From Monocercomonoides exilis PA203 (Eukaryota; Protista; Preaxostyla), in contig LSRY02000030.1 of the NCBI GenBank assembly GCA_001643675.2, forward strand, positions 372,001 to 436,000: 64,000 nt of DNA. Reading direction: 5' to 3'. Both the position numbers and the translations under genes were made by a program. Positions 25,001 to 37,979 of the stretch are shown piece after piece. Within the stretch, counting starts at the first letter, position 1. Each line of letters begins with the position of its first letter. The notes below the pieces were generated by a model. That model was not told the DNA's origin. It saw only the letters and a list, made by a program, of their open reading frames with translations, and ran no database searches.

Positions 25001-27423
25001 ACTCCATTCGAAACAACAATAGGCGATTTCCCATTCATTCTCACTCCCACTTCCATCACAAATCCATTCACAGTCAGCCCTCCTCCCTCAACACATATCA
25101 CATTGTATCCAATCATTTCATCATTTCTAAATGTGACTGAACAACTCCTGATTGTGATGGTTGATGATGATGATGATGAGTAAATAAATCCACTTCTCCT
25201 CCCATTCATTTCTTCATTCAGCACAAATGACAAATAACCCATCTCAAATGATTTTGTGCACTCGATCATCCAGTTTTGATTCATTGATCCTTCATCTCTC
25301 ACAAACACCTTCATCCCTTCTTCTTTCCCTGAAACACTCAAATCAAATGAAATCACTTTCATCTCATTCTTTATCCATGATTCTGAGATAACTTCGATTT
25401 CATTCACATTGCTGCTTGCTCTCTTCCCAACACAATAGTCAATTGTCAAACACCCAAACTCCTCAAACCCACAATGGCTCTGATCCAGTGCCCTCTCTCC
25501 TCTCCCATCAACTCTCAGCTTTGTTCCCATTGAACACAAATACACAAACAGCGGAATCACTTCCCCTTCTCTCCCATCCTCACTCCCACACAACTTCAAC
25601 ACATCTGTTGGAATCACACCAAAATCAAAAAATGAAAATGAGCTCCCATTCACTTTCCACTCCAACAACACTCCTCCACCACATTCAACAAACACATCCT
25701 TCCCAAATTGAGCTTTGTTATTCTCCCCAAACAAACCCTCTCTTCCAGATTCCATTTTCATTGAACCATCCCTGCTCTCCATCAAAATCATCATCCCTCC
25801 ACCTCTCCCTTCACTTCTCCCATCTGAACTCTCCTCTGAACCCTTCGCCTCACACCCATCAATCACACAACTCCCATTCACAACAACACTCCCTTCCCCC
25901 TTCACAACAACACTCATCCCTCCTCCTCTTCCACATGCACACCTGCACCTCTTAACAGCACACGTCTCAATCACAATTATCCCATTCTTCCCCTCACCTC
26001 TTTCTGCTCCAACCACTCCACTCACCCATCCCCCATCTCCACTTCTCTTCTCAATGTTGTTCACCTCACACCCACAAAACACAACTGATTCCACCCCTTC
26101 ACCAAACTCAATCAGCGAATGTTCTCCAAATCTCAAGGTCTCTGTGATCACCAATCCCTCCACTTTCACTTTTCCTCCAATCACATTCACAAAACAATAT
26201 CCAATGGAATTCTCAGAGGAACAAGCAACAGAACAGTCAGTGAGTGTGAGGAGTGTGGAGTTGGATGAGATCAGAGATGATGATGATGCACCAGACAGAG
26301 CAGATGGAATACTGAACTTGATGTTTCTCATTGAACATTTGCTCTGAACCTCAATCATACAAGATGACTCAAAATTCTCTGGTGCTTTCACACCAACCTC
26401 CATCCCTTTTGTGGCACATGAAATCTCCCATTCATGGCCATCTGTCATTCCAACTGCCTCAGCAAGCTCAAATCCCGAATCCAATTCGATCTTCTTGTTT
26501 GTGTCTGCACATCTCACCTGCGCTGCATGCGTGATGGTGGCACACGGATAATAATCAAACCCACAGAACCACGAGTCGTATCCACCTAGCCCATCCTTCC
26601 CCTTCCCCACATGTGCTACACTTGGATATCTGTCCAGAAACACATTCAGTGGGAACAGCCCCATTGTTGTGTCACTCCGATCATATCCCACCAGCTCATT
26701 GTATTTTGATTCATCATGCTGGACATTCAGCGTTGAGGAGCTTATTCCCCAGCTCGCTGAATCGCTCCCATTCACAAACACATAATTCCCTCCCAATGAG
26801 GCAGAACACCCTGAAAAGTCAACTGATACAATCGAGAAGTCAAATGAGTTGTCAGCCAGATACAGCATCATCCCTCCCCCATATTTGCCACTTGTGCATC
26901 TCTTGATTGTTGTTGTTGCTTCAACCTGGAGCTTGCTTTTATCTGTTTCCAACTCAACCTTGATCCCTCCTCCACTGCCATTCTCACACACACAATCCTC
27001 GATTGTCGCATTCTGAACAACAAATGTCTCCCCTTCTGCCACACTCTTTGCCACAACCACCCCATCTCCTTCAGTCAACTTCACATTCCTCACTGTTAAG
27101 TTCGCCAGCGTGCTCTCTCCAGATGAAGTGGCTGTCAAAAAAAGGGAAGAAGAAGAAAATGAAGAAGAAGATAGATCCGGCTCAGAGAACAATGGTTGAG
27201 AAATGTTCATATCCTTGATCTCCACACCAACCATCGACAGCTGCGACAGCGGCACCACAAACACTGATGATGATATCACATAGTCTCCTGTTTTGCTCGT
27301 GGTGATCAAAACATCTTCCAATGAGAGTGACCCACTCCCGTCAGACACCACAACCACACTCGGAGAAGTTCCTGCTGTTGAGTTGCAATCAACTTTCAAG
27401 TGACTCATTCCCAAGTGTCCTGT
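12014..27423. repeat. Giant inverted repeat: arms 12014-19476 and 19961-27423 (7463 bp each), 484-bp spacer
   Basis: Mirror coordinates sum to 39437 throughout (stops 19048/20389; inner ends 19476/19961; outer ends 12014/27423). The antisense ORFs in the track are duplicated with identical or nearly identical translations. Confidence 0.97.
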
Positions 27424-29466
27424 TGACACACTGAACAGCGCTCCAGTTGATGAAAGAAATTTCATTTCAATTACACTCTTCTCTTTGCCTCTCCCAATGA
27501 CCGAAATCTTCTTTTCTCTTATTTCGATAGTTGTAATCTCGCTTTGATGAATTCCTTCCAATAGCACAATTCTGTATGAACAATTTCTGAAACTTTTCTC
27601 AACTGAATGCAAGAGTGTGTGGCATGGTAGACTTTCCTCCAATCCGCAAATATCTTCATTATCATTGCCTTTGACACCAATGAAGCACGGATTGGTATGA
27701 ATCCCTTTCGAAAGCCATTCATCGGGATAATTCCAGGTTCCATTGAAGTATGTAACACGAAACTGTTTGGTGTTTGTTGAAAATGACTCAACAAACGGAG
27801 TTTGAGAAAGTCGCTTTGAATCGGGATCATAAAAATAAGAATCGTGACCCTTGCATTCATCAATTTCAACAGTTCTTGCACAGCATTCATGAAACATACA
27901 GAACCATATCAAACTTGGATTCTGATCATGAAACTCAAATTGTTCCATTGTTATTGCTCCTCCCGCTTTATCTCCAATGCATCTCAAAAAATTGCAGGAT
28001 CTGACAGAAAATCCTTTTGGCGAATAGTCAATTCTTTATGCTCCGCCCCACCCTGTCCCTGCATCATTGTTATCAAAGTTGCAATCCACTATTGTTCCAG
28101 AATTCTCATCACTTCCGTGACTAATGTTGAAATCATAGATGAAAAGGCAAGCTCCATGCTTTTCGCAACAACAATTATGAAATTGAGACTCAAAAATTTG
28201 AAAATAACAAATTGTTTTGTTGACGAATATTGCTCCTCCATCAATTTTTCCTATTTTGCATTCATTGAAATAACTTTTATCAACAATAAGACCTGTAATG
28301 TTGTTTATATAAATAGCTCCTCCTTGAGATTCATTTCCTGTGCATTTGTCGAAAATACAATTTGAAATGTTCAGAGATGCTTGCGGCTGATCGTGCAAAT
28401 ATATTGCTGCTCCGTTTGTGGCATTGCAGCCGCTCCACTCGCAGCTCTCAAATGTGTGTGACCCATTTCCAAGCACTTGTCTACCTATTTGTTTCCTTCC
28501 TTCATTTTCTGTGAAGTGCAGACGATTGCATTTTAAAAATGAATTATTCACAAAAAGCAGCGAAGCCAGTGGGAAATACATAGAATCCACAACTCCCCCA
28601 TAAATCACATCCTCAGCGAATACAAATGAGCAACTATCAATTTTTGTGAAACAGTCATTCTCAGATCCTCTAAATAATTTTGTTGGTGAAGCTTTGGTGA
28701 TGTTTGAGAAAGCGCACTTGAATAACATGATGCTCGATAAAGGCCCGTTGCACAAAAATGGTATTGGTGAAAGCAACACAGACGAAAATGTTGAGTGGCT
28801 TATTTACACTGCTCTGGACTCATTGACAGAAATATCATTCAGCGAAAAGACAAGTGAATGGAAAAGGGGTGTTGGCCCTTCGATAATGAGCGATATATTC
28901 ACAAAACTTGCTGAGCCCGTATGCAGTTCGATCGGAGATCTCTTTGATTCGGCTGCATGACAAATCTCACAGTTTTCAAAAGATAAACCAGAGCGCTCAC
29001 AAATTGATACTGCTGCCTCTCCTCCAGTTGAATTCAGCTGAAGAGATAACAGCAAAAGTGTAGAATTTTGAATAAAAAAATGGCTGATGGCGCGGCTTCT
29101 TGTGCAAGTGGAATCCAATAACCCATTTTGTAACGAAATTATATCTTTTTGCTTCACATTTAGTGGGTAATGTCTTTTCGCATTATTTCTGATATCAAAT
29201 CCACAAGTCAATTTAAAAACATTCATGGGCATCACCTTTTTCTCCTCTCCTCCTTCCTTATATTTTGTGTGCCAATCACATCTTATTTCATTTCTGAGCA
29301 AATATTGTAGGTTCTTGGACCTCATCATGTTTCCCTTTTCTGCTCTTGTTTCTGCTTTTTCATTTTTATCTCCCGCAAACTGCTCCTGATCGACATTTGT
29401 ACAACAAGTCACAATCGAAGCAATCAAAATGACAAATGTCAACACTTTTTGTGTGTTCTCGTTCAT
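20389..29466 (-). pseudogene. Paralogue B of the giant receptor pseudokinase; full-length frame interrupted by two in-frame TAA codons (28804-28806, 28036-28038)
   Basis: ORFs 28804-29520, 28036-28779 and 20389-27987 are all in one frame. ATG at 29466 starts the signal peptide MNENTQKVLTFVILIASIVTCC. The frame reads ...ESRAV*ISHSTFSS... and ...TGWGGA*RIDYSPKGF...; total length (~3025 codons) matches gene A. Confidence 0.75.
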
Positions 29467-31852
29467 TCTGCAAAGGGAAGAAACTTCTTCTTTTCTCTCA
29501 GGAATCCTTTTTTCCTTCAAAATGGGAGTTTTTGATCAATTCAATTATTCTTTTGGGAATGAAACAGATCTCAAAATGGTCTTTATTCCAAGTAACACAA
29601 TAAATTGGATATTTGATTTTTCATAAATTATCGCAACTCAGGCTGAAGAGATAAGCATACTCCAAATCCTTCGCATTATCAACATCAGTTTTCAACAACG
29701 AAGCTCAAAAAAGACAAATTAAAATGAAAAGAATCATATATGCTTGACTTAATAGAATATATACATGAATCTGCTCACTTGCTGTATTGAATGGGGTTCT
29801 TCAACTGAAACGAACGAATAAAAAAAGTGAGTATATTAATCAAATGGCATTGTGTTTATAAAACAAGACTTTTTCAGTTGAAATGCCGCAAACCAATTGA
29901 AAATACATCGTAATCACGAGGAGACAGAATATTTGGAGCTGATCCTGATGCAGTGAAAATACCGATGACAGGAAGAATCGCAGAATTAATGAAAAACGTA
30001 AGAAAGAGTGTGATTTTTAAGTTCTCATTCTTCTTCCTAATATGTGAAGTGCAACATGAGACCGATTCCAATTTCTTCGCTTTTCTGAAGCTGAAAATAG
30101 TATTTTTGATTTCAATATTTGTCCCTTAAGTATTTCCTCAAACACTTAAGTTTGAGTTTCTGAGGCTTCATGCACTTGTGAGAATCAAATGTTTTGTGAC
30201 AATTTCAAGAAATTCTTTCGATAGATGTCCTTGTTTCTGTATTTCTGGCATATCCCCTGTTTCAGCAGGAATTGCATCTCAAAAGATTTTTCATTGATCT
30301 GAGCCTATCAAAGAAACAAACTCCGCTTTTGTTATGTTGCATTTATTGTGTATTTTGAGGTTCTTGTGGAAGGTTCTGCTTGTGGAAGTGGAAGCTATTG
30401 GAAAATAAAAGCTATTTTTGTTTGTTTATTGTTCCGCACGAAAGAAAGGGGAATTCTGGTGATTGAGGCTGGTCAAAAATGCACAGACATGTGAATGGAA
30501 TGTTTTCAAAAGAGTATCTTTTTTGATATATTTTTCTTTCTTTCTTTTTCTTATTTTTGAACGCAAATTCTTTATCAGAAACGAGCATAAAGCATTGGAT
30601 GTCTGATGTTGTATTGAAGAAGATGTTCGTGTAAGCATGTTTTCCGATTTAGCAGACAAATGCGAGCAAATAACATATTTTTATTAAATTCAGTTCTATT
30701 CTTTGTGATATAAATCAGTTTTTGAAGATCAAAACAATTCACAACAATTACTGAAGAAGAAAGCGATTTGCCTGATTTTTTTATTGATTTTCTTTGAATA
30801 TGTTAATATCTTTGAATAAAAGATTATCTTGCTTTTGAGCGATTGCTTTGTTGAGGATGTTTCCATTTGTCAGTCTCATTTCATATTCTTCAGTCAAGTA
30901 GTTTGACAGCAACTGAGTTTCTTCAACAGAAGATGCTTCAATATTTTGATTGCCTTTGTAAACAAATACAGCTTTAACACATATTCTATTGGTGGTGATT
31001 GAAAAGAGCTGACAGATGAGCCAGCCAATCTGTCTTTTAATAGATAAACTACTTCAAATAGAAAACAATCTTTGTGGTTCAAAAAAATAAATCTGGCACC
31101 GTGAAGCAATTTCATTGCTGGGCGGAATGGAAGCGAATTGCATGTTTTGCGGAAAAACATATAAAGAAAAAAGGATGAAATTTGTGTTCATTGTGCAGAC
31201 AAAGATTGCTTGCATTGTTTGCAAAAGTGCTTTTAAAGAATGCAGCGTGAACAAAAATGGACAAAATATCCTAAATACGAGAACATTCACTTTGATAATG
31301 GAGCATCAATTATTCGGTTCATTGTTTTGCATTTTCTCCTTTGTTTTGAAGTTAGTTTTCAGTTTCTTAGTGGTAACAATTTTCAAAACAAAACATCCAA
31401 TGAAAAAGTTGATGATGAGTGTTCAATTGAATGAGATGAAAAGTTATAAAATCAAACTTTTTGAAGGCATTTAAATCTAAAAAATTAACTCAAAGACAAA
31501 ATTGCAAAAGATATGATACTTATACCTTGTTGCAAAATTTCAAAAAATCTATTCAAAAAAGAAAAAATATGCATTGAATCTACAAAATGGGAAAAAAAAT
31601 GTTGAAAATAACATTATACTCCATATAATGTACAATTATCAAAAAATAATAAAGTTGGAAATTATTTATTGCAAATAAATAGTTAATTATATCTTGGAAT
31701 CGTCATTTCGACGCAAGATATTCATTGGTTTTTTTTTTAAAAAAATTAAAGAAAGCTTTAAAAAGCTTAAATTTTACTAAAAATATTTTCATCTCGAAAG
31801 AATGAAAATGTCACTAGAAGAATGAATAATTGAATGTTCCCTTCATTCTGCT

Positions 31853-34800
31853 CTATGCACCGTTCAAGCTCTGGATAAGCGCGTTGAAAGCAGAGTCGGG
31901 GTTGGCGAGGAGGTTTGCAGGAGAGTCCATCTCCTGCACCTGTCCCTGGTTCATCACCAAAATTCTGTCACTGTTCATGATTGTGTTCAGCCTGTGCGCA
32001 ATCACAATCACCGTCTGCTTCGAAAACACTCGCCGAATCGTGTTCTGGATCTTCGCATCTGTCTCCACATCCACATTTGCTGTGGCCTCGTCCATAATCA
32101 CAATCTTGCACTTGTTCAGCATCGCCCGCCCGAAGCAGATCAGTTGCCTCTGTCCAGCACTGAAGTTCGATCCACCCTCTGCCATTTGTGTGTCCAGCCC
32201 ATACTCCAGCCCTGCCACAATGTCCTTCATCTCAATCAGCTCCAGCACCTCCCAGATCTCATCGTCGCTGCACTTGCTCCCAATGTCCAGGTTGTATCGG
32301 AGTGTTCCTGTGAACAAAGTGGGATCTTGTGGAATGATCGCAATCGATCTCCGCACTCTCCCCAGATTCACCTTTGAGATGTCTACTCCATCAATCAGCA
32401 CCCGCCCGCTGTTCGGCACCTCGTTGGGGTCTGCTTCAATCGGAAATCCAGTGTTCACATCAATCATCGTTGGCTGCAGCGACGGATCCAACTCAACCAG
32501 TCTGAACAGAGCAAACAGCAAAGACGACTTTCCAGCGCCTGTCCGCCCGCACACTCCGATCTTCTCTCCTGCCTTCAGCGAGAACGACACATCCCGCAGC
32601 ACAAACGGCAGCCCCGGTCGATATCTGAAAGTGACATGGTCATATTCCACTTTCCCTTCCTCTGGCCACTCTTTCGGTGGGTCAATTGCTCCTTCTTTCT
32701 TTGTGTGATCTTTTTCTTGTGGCAGCTGAGATGAGTAGAATTTGATACGCTGATATCCAGTCATTCGAGAGTCTAACTCCACATTCTGTTGCACAATAAA
32801 CTGTCCCAACATACAGAATGTCATCCCTGATGAGATTGCCACACCCAACTTCGCAGGCTCCATGTAGAACCATCCCAGCAAAATAATACCAACCATCAGA
32901 ATTGTTGAAAGCAGCGATGAAAACATTGTTGCCCACTTCTGTCCTTCTCTGAACAGAACAAATCGCACATTCCATTCATCATTCAGTGCATAAAACCGTT
33001 GCCTCCAAGTCTCCTCCAGATGATACGACCGAATAGTTGAAAGACCAGCCCCTGTGACCGTCTCTCCAAAAAGTGACAGAACAGGAGATCGAGACATTGC
33101 CTCCAACCTCTGAAGATTTCTCGAAGCATTCGAGTAGATTTGCAGGATGATGTAATACACAACAAGAGCTGGAAGTCCAATCGCCAGGAAGAACACTGTA
33201 TCCACAGCCACAATCACCACTTGCCCAATCAAACCAAGCCACATTGAGATCACCTGAAGCAGCTGTGACATCAACTGAAGATCAACCTGTGGGACATCAC
33301 CTGTAAATCTGTTCAGGATTCGTCCCATGGGAGTGGTATCGAAGAAAGATGATGGACAGTGCATCACGTTCTGCAAAAGTTGGTTGTGGATGAGTGTATT
33401 AGCCCTCACGGACATTGGTCCCATAAATATTGCTCGAATAATCAGCAGCACAAGCACTCCCAACGCTAAGAACCCGTAGATGCCTATCTTCCACTCATAT
33501 GAGATTGAAGGATATTGAGTTGCTGTTCCAATCACACCAATCCAATATGACGCCATTGACATTCCAGCATCTGCTATAATCATCAGAAGCAAAAACGGCA
33601 CAATTGCCCATCCAGGAAGCAGAGAAAGGAAGTATTGCACATAAACCTTCAATGGCACAGAACCAGTCTCCTGTTCCTCTTCTGTCATCATGTGCTTTCC
33701 AGCCTCGGATCCTTCTTCGTTCTCCTCTCCTTTGCTCCCTGCCTTTCCACGTGCCATCTCCTCTCTCTTCTTCTTCGACATCATCGCTGCTTTCCCTCCC
33801 TTCTTATGATGATGATGGTGGTGATGGTGATGCCCATCTTTGCCTTCGCCATTCTCCTCTTCATCATCGTCTTCATCGCTGTGGCTCGATCGGATGATGT
33901 ACTCGCTGAAGTCGATTCCTTGATCCCTCAGCTCCTTCTCTGTTCCTTGTGCTGCTATTCTTCCTCCGCCAAGCAAGACGATGTTGTCTGCTCTGTCCAG
34001 AAACTGCAGCTGGTTCGTCATCAGCAGCACCGTCTTCCCTCTGTTCTTCAAAGTTCCAATGATGCACTCATCAAACAGATACCGTCCCACATGTGCATCC
34101 ACAGCCGAAAGAGGATCATCCAGGATGTAAATGTCTCTGTCTGAATACACTGCCCTTGCCAGTTGAATACGCGCTTTCTGCCCACCACTCAGATTCACTC
34201 CTTTCTCTCCAATTTCTGTCTGATCTCCTGCTGCCAGAAGCTTCAGATCGTTCTCAAGTGCACACACACGAATTGTCTCATTGTATTTCTCCTGCTCATA
34301 TGGACAACCAAATGTGATGTTTCCTCTCACTGTGTTGTTGTTGATCCAAGCTGTCTGAGCACAGTATGATACCTGTCCATCAACCTCCACTTTTCCACAC
34401 ACTTTCTCAGCATCTTCAATGATCGCTGCTCCCAGCGATGACTTCCCTGAACCCACACCACCGACAACCATTGTCAGTGTGCCTTTCTTCATCACCAGGT
34501 TCACATCCCGCAAAACAGGTTCGTTGCGGTTAGAACCTGAAGGTGTTGCAGAAGGCGAGGGAGAAGGAGAAGGAGAAGCCGAAAATGGTGTTCGTGAAAA
34601 GACAGAGTGAGCTAAAGTTGGTGTTGCAGTTGGAGAAGGAGAAGGAGAAGGAGAAGGAGATGAAACTCCATCGATAGGCGCAGTTGTCGGTGTTGGTGCA
34701 AACACAGACAATTCCTGTTGTTTTGGTGCTTCTGCTGGTGTGCTTGTCGACGCTTCCGTCGGAGCCTGCGTAGAATCAGCTTGTTCGGAAGAAACTTGTT

Positions 34801-37387
34801 TTGGTGTCGTATCAGCAGGCGGGGGAGCATTAGCAGGACCTTCAGCAGCTGTATCTGTGAAGACTGAGGCAGACGATGAAGCTGATGCAGATTGATTGGG
34901 AGATTGAACATCCATTTCCTGTGTGGATGTTGACTGGGTATTTGTTGCAGTGGGATAGGAAGAAGTGGCTGATAATGAAGATGATGAAGACGAGGATGAG
35001 GATGATGAAGATTCTTCTGCTGATTGCATCTTTTGTGCATTTTGAGCCATTTCTTTTTCTTTCATTTTTTCTTCTTTCATTCTTTGTGCATCCCTCTTTT
35101 TCTTCTCTGCTAATTTCTTCTTTATCTCTTCCTTTTCCGACATTGAAAGTGGAATTTCTGGAGGTTCTCCCCATTTAAATGTGCCGTTTTCAATCAGCAA
35201 GGCAATTTCTGGGTCATTTGGCTTGTCTCGCTTTTCTATTTTCAGTTCAGGTAGAATGAGAAAGTCCCGAATTCTCGTAACAGACACATTGATGAACCCA
35301 ACACCCTGGAAAACCATGGGCAACATAGTTGTTGGTTGTGTCATCATTACCAAAAAGCCTAAATTCGCCATTACAGAAACAGTAAACATGTCTTGTGTGA
35401 TATTGTTAGTAAAGATGTAAACAGAGAATGTAGCAAGATTGACCAACTGAGGCGTCACACGCATCAAAGAGTTAATCAATCCCATGAAGATAGACACTGT
35501 TCTCACTGCTTCTACTTGTTTCTTTCTGGGTTCATTAATCTTTGTTATGAATGCTTCTTCCAATCCAGTGTATTTGACAACTCTCATTCCTTGAAGGGTC
35601 TCGTTGGTGATCTTTGTTCGAGCGTCGTTAAGGTTAAGATATCTCTTCATTCTGGTCATCATGACTGTGACGCATATTAACTATGTAAAAATACGAGGGA
35701 AAAAAGCACAAATATTAGAAACATTTTAAAAACATTTAAATTATCATTAATAAATCTTTTGATAAACAATAAAATCAAATGTCGCAAACGTTAAACGGAA
35801 GGAGAGCCACAACAACAGCCAGTGCAATGAGTGTGGAAGCACCGAAATCCGCAATCAAGAAGCCAAATGGTACAAAGATCTGGAATGGGAGGAAAAACAT
35901 CAACACGAACAATGGCATCATTTCAGCCACGTTTCGTGCATCAGCAGAAATGAGTGTAAGAAGCCTTCCTGTGTCAATGTTGCTCTGTGCTGTGATGTTC
36001 AATAGAAGTGTCTTGTCGTAGATGGCGCCTGTAAATGCTGCACGAACTTGAGCAGCAAAGTGGTAAAATAATCGAAAACCACATCCGTCAAGCAGCGCAT
36101 GCAAGAAAGGGCACAACATCAGAATAATTCCCGATGCATACGGAAAAGTGTTCGACCCCATCATTCCGTTTGTTGAATCATATATTCCTTTCAATGTCAC
36201 TGCCTTTAAAACCTCTTTCATCAAAATTGGCTGAACCAAATGAAATCCAACACTAAATTTTCATTTGGACACCCATGAAATTGCATAAAATGATTTTTTT
36301 AGAAAGCAAAAAGGAGAAACGGAAAATGTTTGTCAAAATTAAAAAAGAAAAGAAAGAATTGTAATAAATTAACCAATCATTCAAAATGAAAATTGCCTGC
36401 ATACGCCAATATTTGCAATATAACGCCAAAAACAACTTCTGGAGTGATTATAGATTTTATGACAGTCCATGCAAGTGGTGGAGGCCTTATTTTTTTCATT
36501 GTATAGCTGGGGTAAAAGTATGTATGAAAATTACAGAATTAAAGTCAAATAATGTTTAAAAATGGAGCAAACTCTGGATTTTCAGCTTTCTTTTGCTCTT
36601 CTTCAGCCTTTTCTTTCATATATTTTGCATAAAGTGGAGTCCATTTTGCAATAAATTTATCAGAAACTGTAGAGGTTTTATCCTTTTTTTGAACCTCGAA
36701 AATGTCGTCATCTGTAAGAGGCTTTATTCTGCACACGAGTGGGAAGAAGAAGCAAAAGAAGAAGTTACAAAGGCAAAAGTGACTCTCTTCAAGATTTTTA
36801 GGTCTTTTGAATTCTTTTGGCTTAACTTCGGAATTTGCGACTTTAAGTTGTTTATTTTCAACCTCATTTGATTTCATTTCTTCTTTCTTTTCAATGATTT
36901 CTTTGCTTTTCGTGTGTTCTTCCTTTTCTGTTTCTTCTTTATTTTCTGTTTTTTCTTTATTTTCCGTTTCTTCTTTATTTTCCGTTTCTTCTTTGCTTTC
37001 CATAACCTCTTTGCTTTCCATAACCTCTTTGCTTTCGGCTTCCTCTTTGTTTTCAGACTCCTCTTTGCTTTCCATGACTTCTTTGCTTTCTGCTTCCTCT
37101 TTGCTTTCCATAGCCTCTTTATTTTCAGTTTCTTCATTGTTTTCCATAGCTTCTTTGTTATCTATGGCTTCTTTGTTTTCTGCTTCCTCTTTGCTTTCTG
37201 ATTCCGCTTTGCTTTCAGATTCCTCTTTGCTTTCCGTAACTTCATTATTTTCCATGGTTTCGGACTTTTCAATTTCGACGTTCTTTTCTTCGTTTTGTAA
37301 ATTAGATTCAGGTACTTCATTATTTTGGCTCGAATCAGATTGCTGCGTGTCACTGGAAGTTTCTGCTGATAAGCTATCCTCTGACAT
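31853..37387 (-). CDS. ABC transporter subfamily C (MRP-like), full transporter without TMD0
   Basis: Exons 37387-36573, 36506-36405, 36252-35790 and 35680-31853 (GT..AG). NBD1 GGVGSGKSS / LSGGQKARIQLARAVY / ILDDPLSAVD; NBD2 GRTGAGKSS / FSAGQRQL / IMDEATA. TMD motifs FFDTTPMGRILNRF and LQRLEAMSRSP. Confidence 0.93.
36932..37255 (-). repeat. Coding 18-bp tandem repeat (~18 units, xE(S/N)KE(E/A/V) hexapeptide) in the ABCC N-terminus
   Basis: Translation MENNEV TESKEE SESKAE SESKEE AENKEA ... MESKEV MESKEE TENKEE TENKEK TENKEE. Confidence 0.9.
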
Positions 37388-37979
37388 ATTGAATGTTAAA
37401 CGCAAGAAAATAGCTTTGAAAAAAGCATCCCATATTTAATTATAACAAATATTTCCGATCTCGGAAAATATTTCAATATCCGAATTATGAGAATTTCGGA
37501 AAAATGGAAAAAAACATTTATAAATTTTTTCAATTTGAAATCAAACAATTACAATGATTTCTGAATGTTTGCAATTTCTATGCATAATTTTTTAAACAAT
37601 TCTCCGGAGAGAATTTTGATATGAATTATGTTCCATTTTTGTATTAAATTATGCACTTATTAACAATAATTCACAAAAAAGAAAAGAAAAGAAAAAGAAG
37701 AACTTACCTTGATTTTTGTTGAACAAAAATGAATATTTTTTCTATTAAAGCTTTCATCATCCTGCACGATAGGAAATTCTTTAAAACTCAACAATCAAAA
37801 ATTTTCATCAAATAATAAAAATTTAATCAATTTTATTGATAAAAAATGACTTCTATATTTTATGGAAATGGGAAATATTAATATGAACTATTTTATTTGA
37901 ATCGTTTTTAAGAAAAAAATTAATTGTTTAATATAAAACACATAAAAAATTTTTTTAACAAGAAAAACGAAAACACTTC

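Noticed and set aside
10246-27218. Numerous Pro/Ser/His-rich antisense ORFs inside A and B (also in C and the first 2.5 kb)
   Set aside because: Shadow ORFs caused by the G-rich codon bias of the real genes; they are duplicated only because of the palindrome.
28036-28806. TAA reassigned to Gln (as in the oxymonad Streblomastix) to explain the in-frame stops
   Set aside because: TAA/TAG terminate other genes here (6424, 37980, 42533, 5836, 31853), and the 3000-4000-codon ORFs A and C contain no in-frame TAR codons.
28796-28810. Micro-intron (GTAAATAAG, 9 nt on the minus strand) removing the first stop
   Set aside because: Far shorter than the ~50-150-nt introns seen in this window, and the protein aligns with paralogue A straight through the stop.
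29870-31474. Possible decayed gene or transposon, including a CxxC..CxxC ORF at 31115-31474
   Set aside because: Short broken frames with no recognisable domain; cannot be supported without a TBLASTX search.
36932-37255. Regular repeat resembling a CRISPR array
   Set aside because: Tandem coding units without unique spacers in a eukaryotic exon, and no cas genes.
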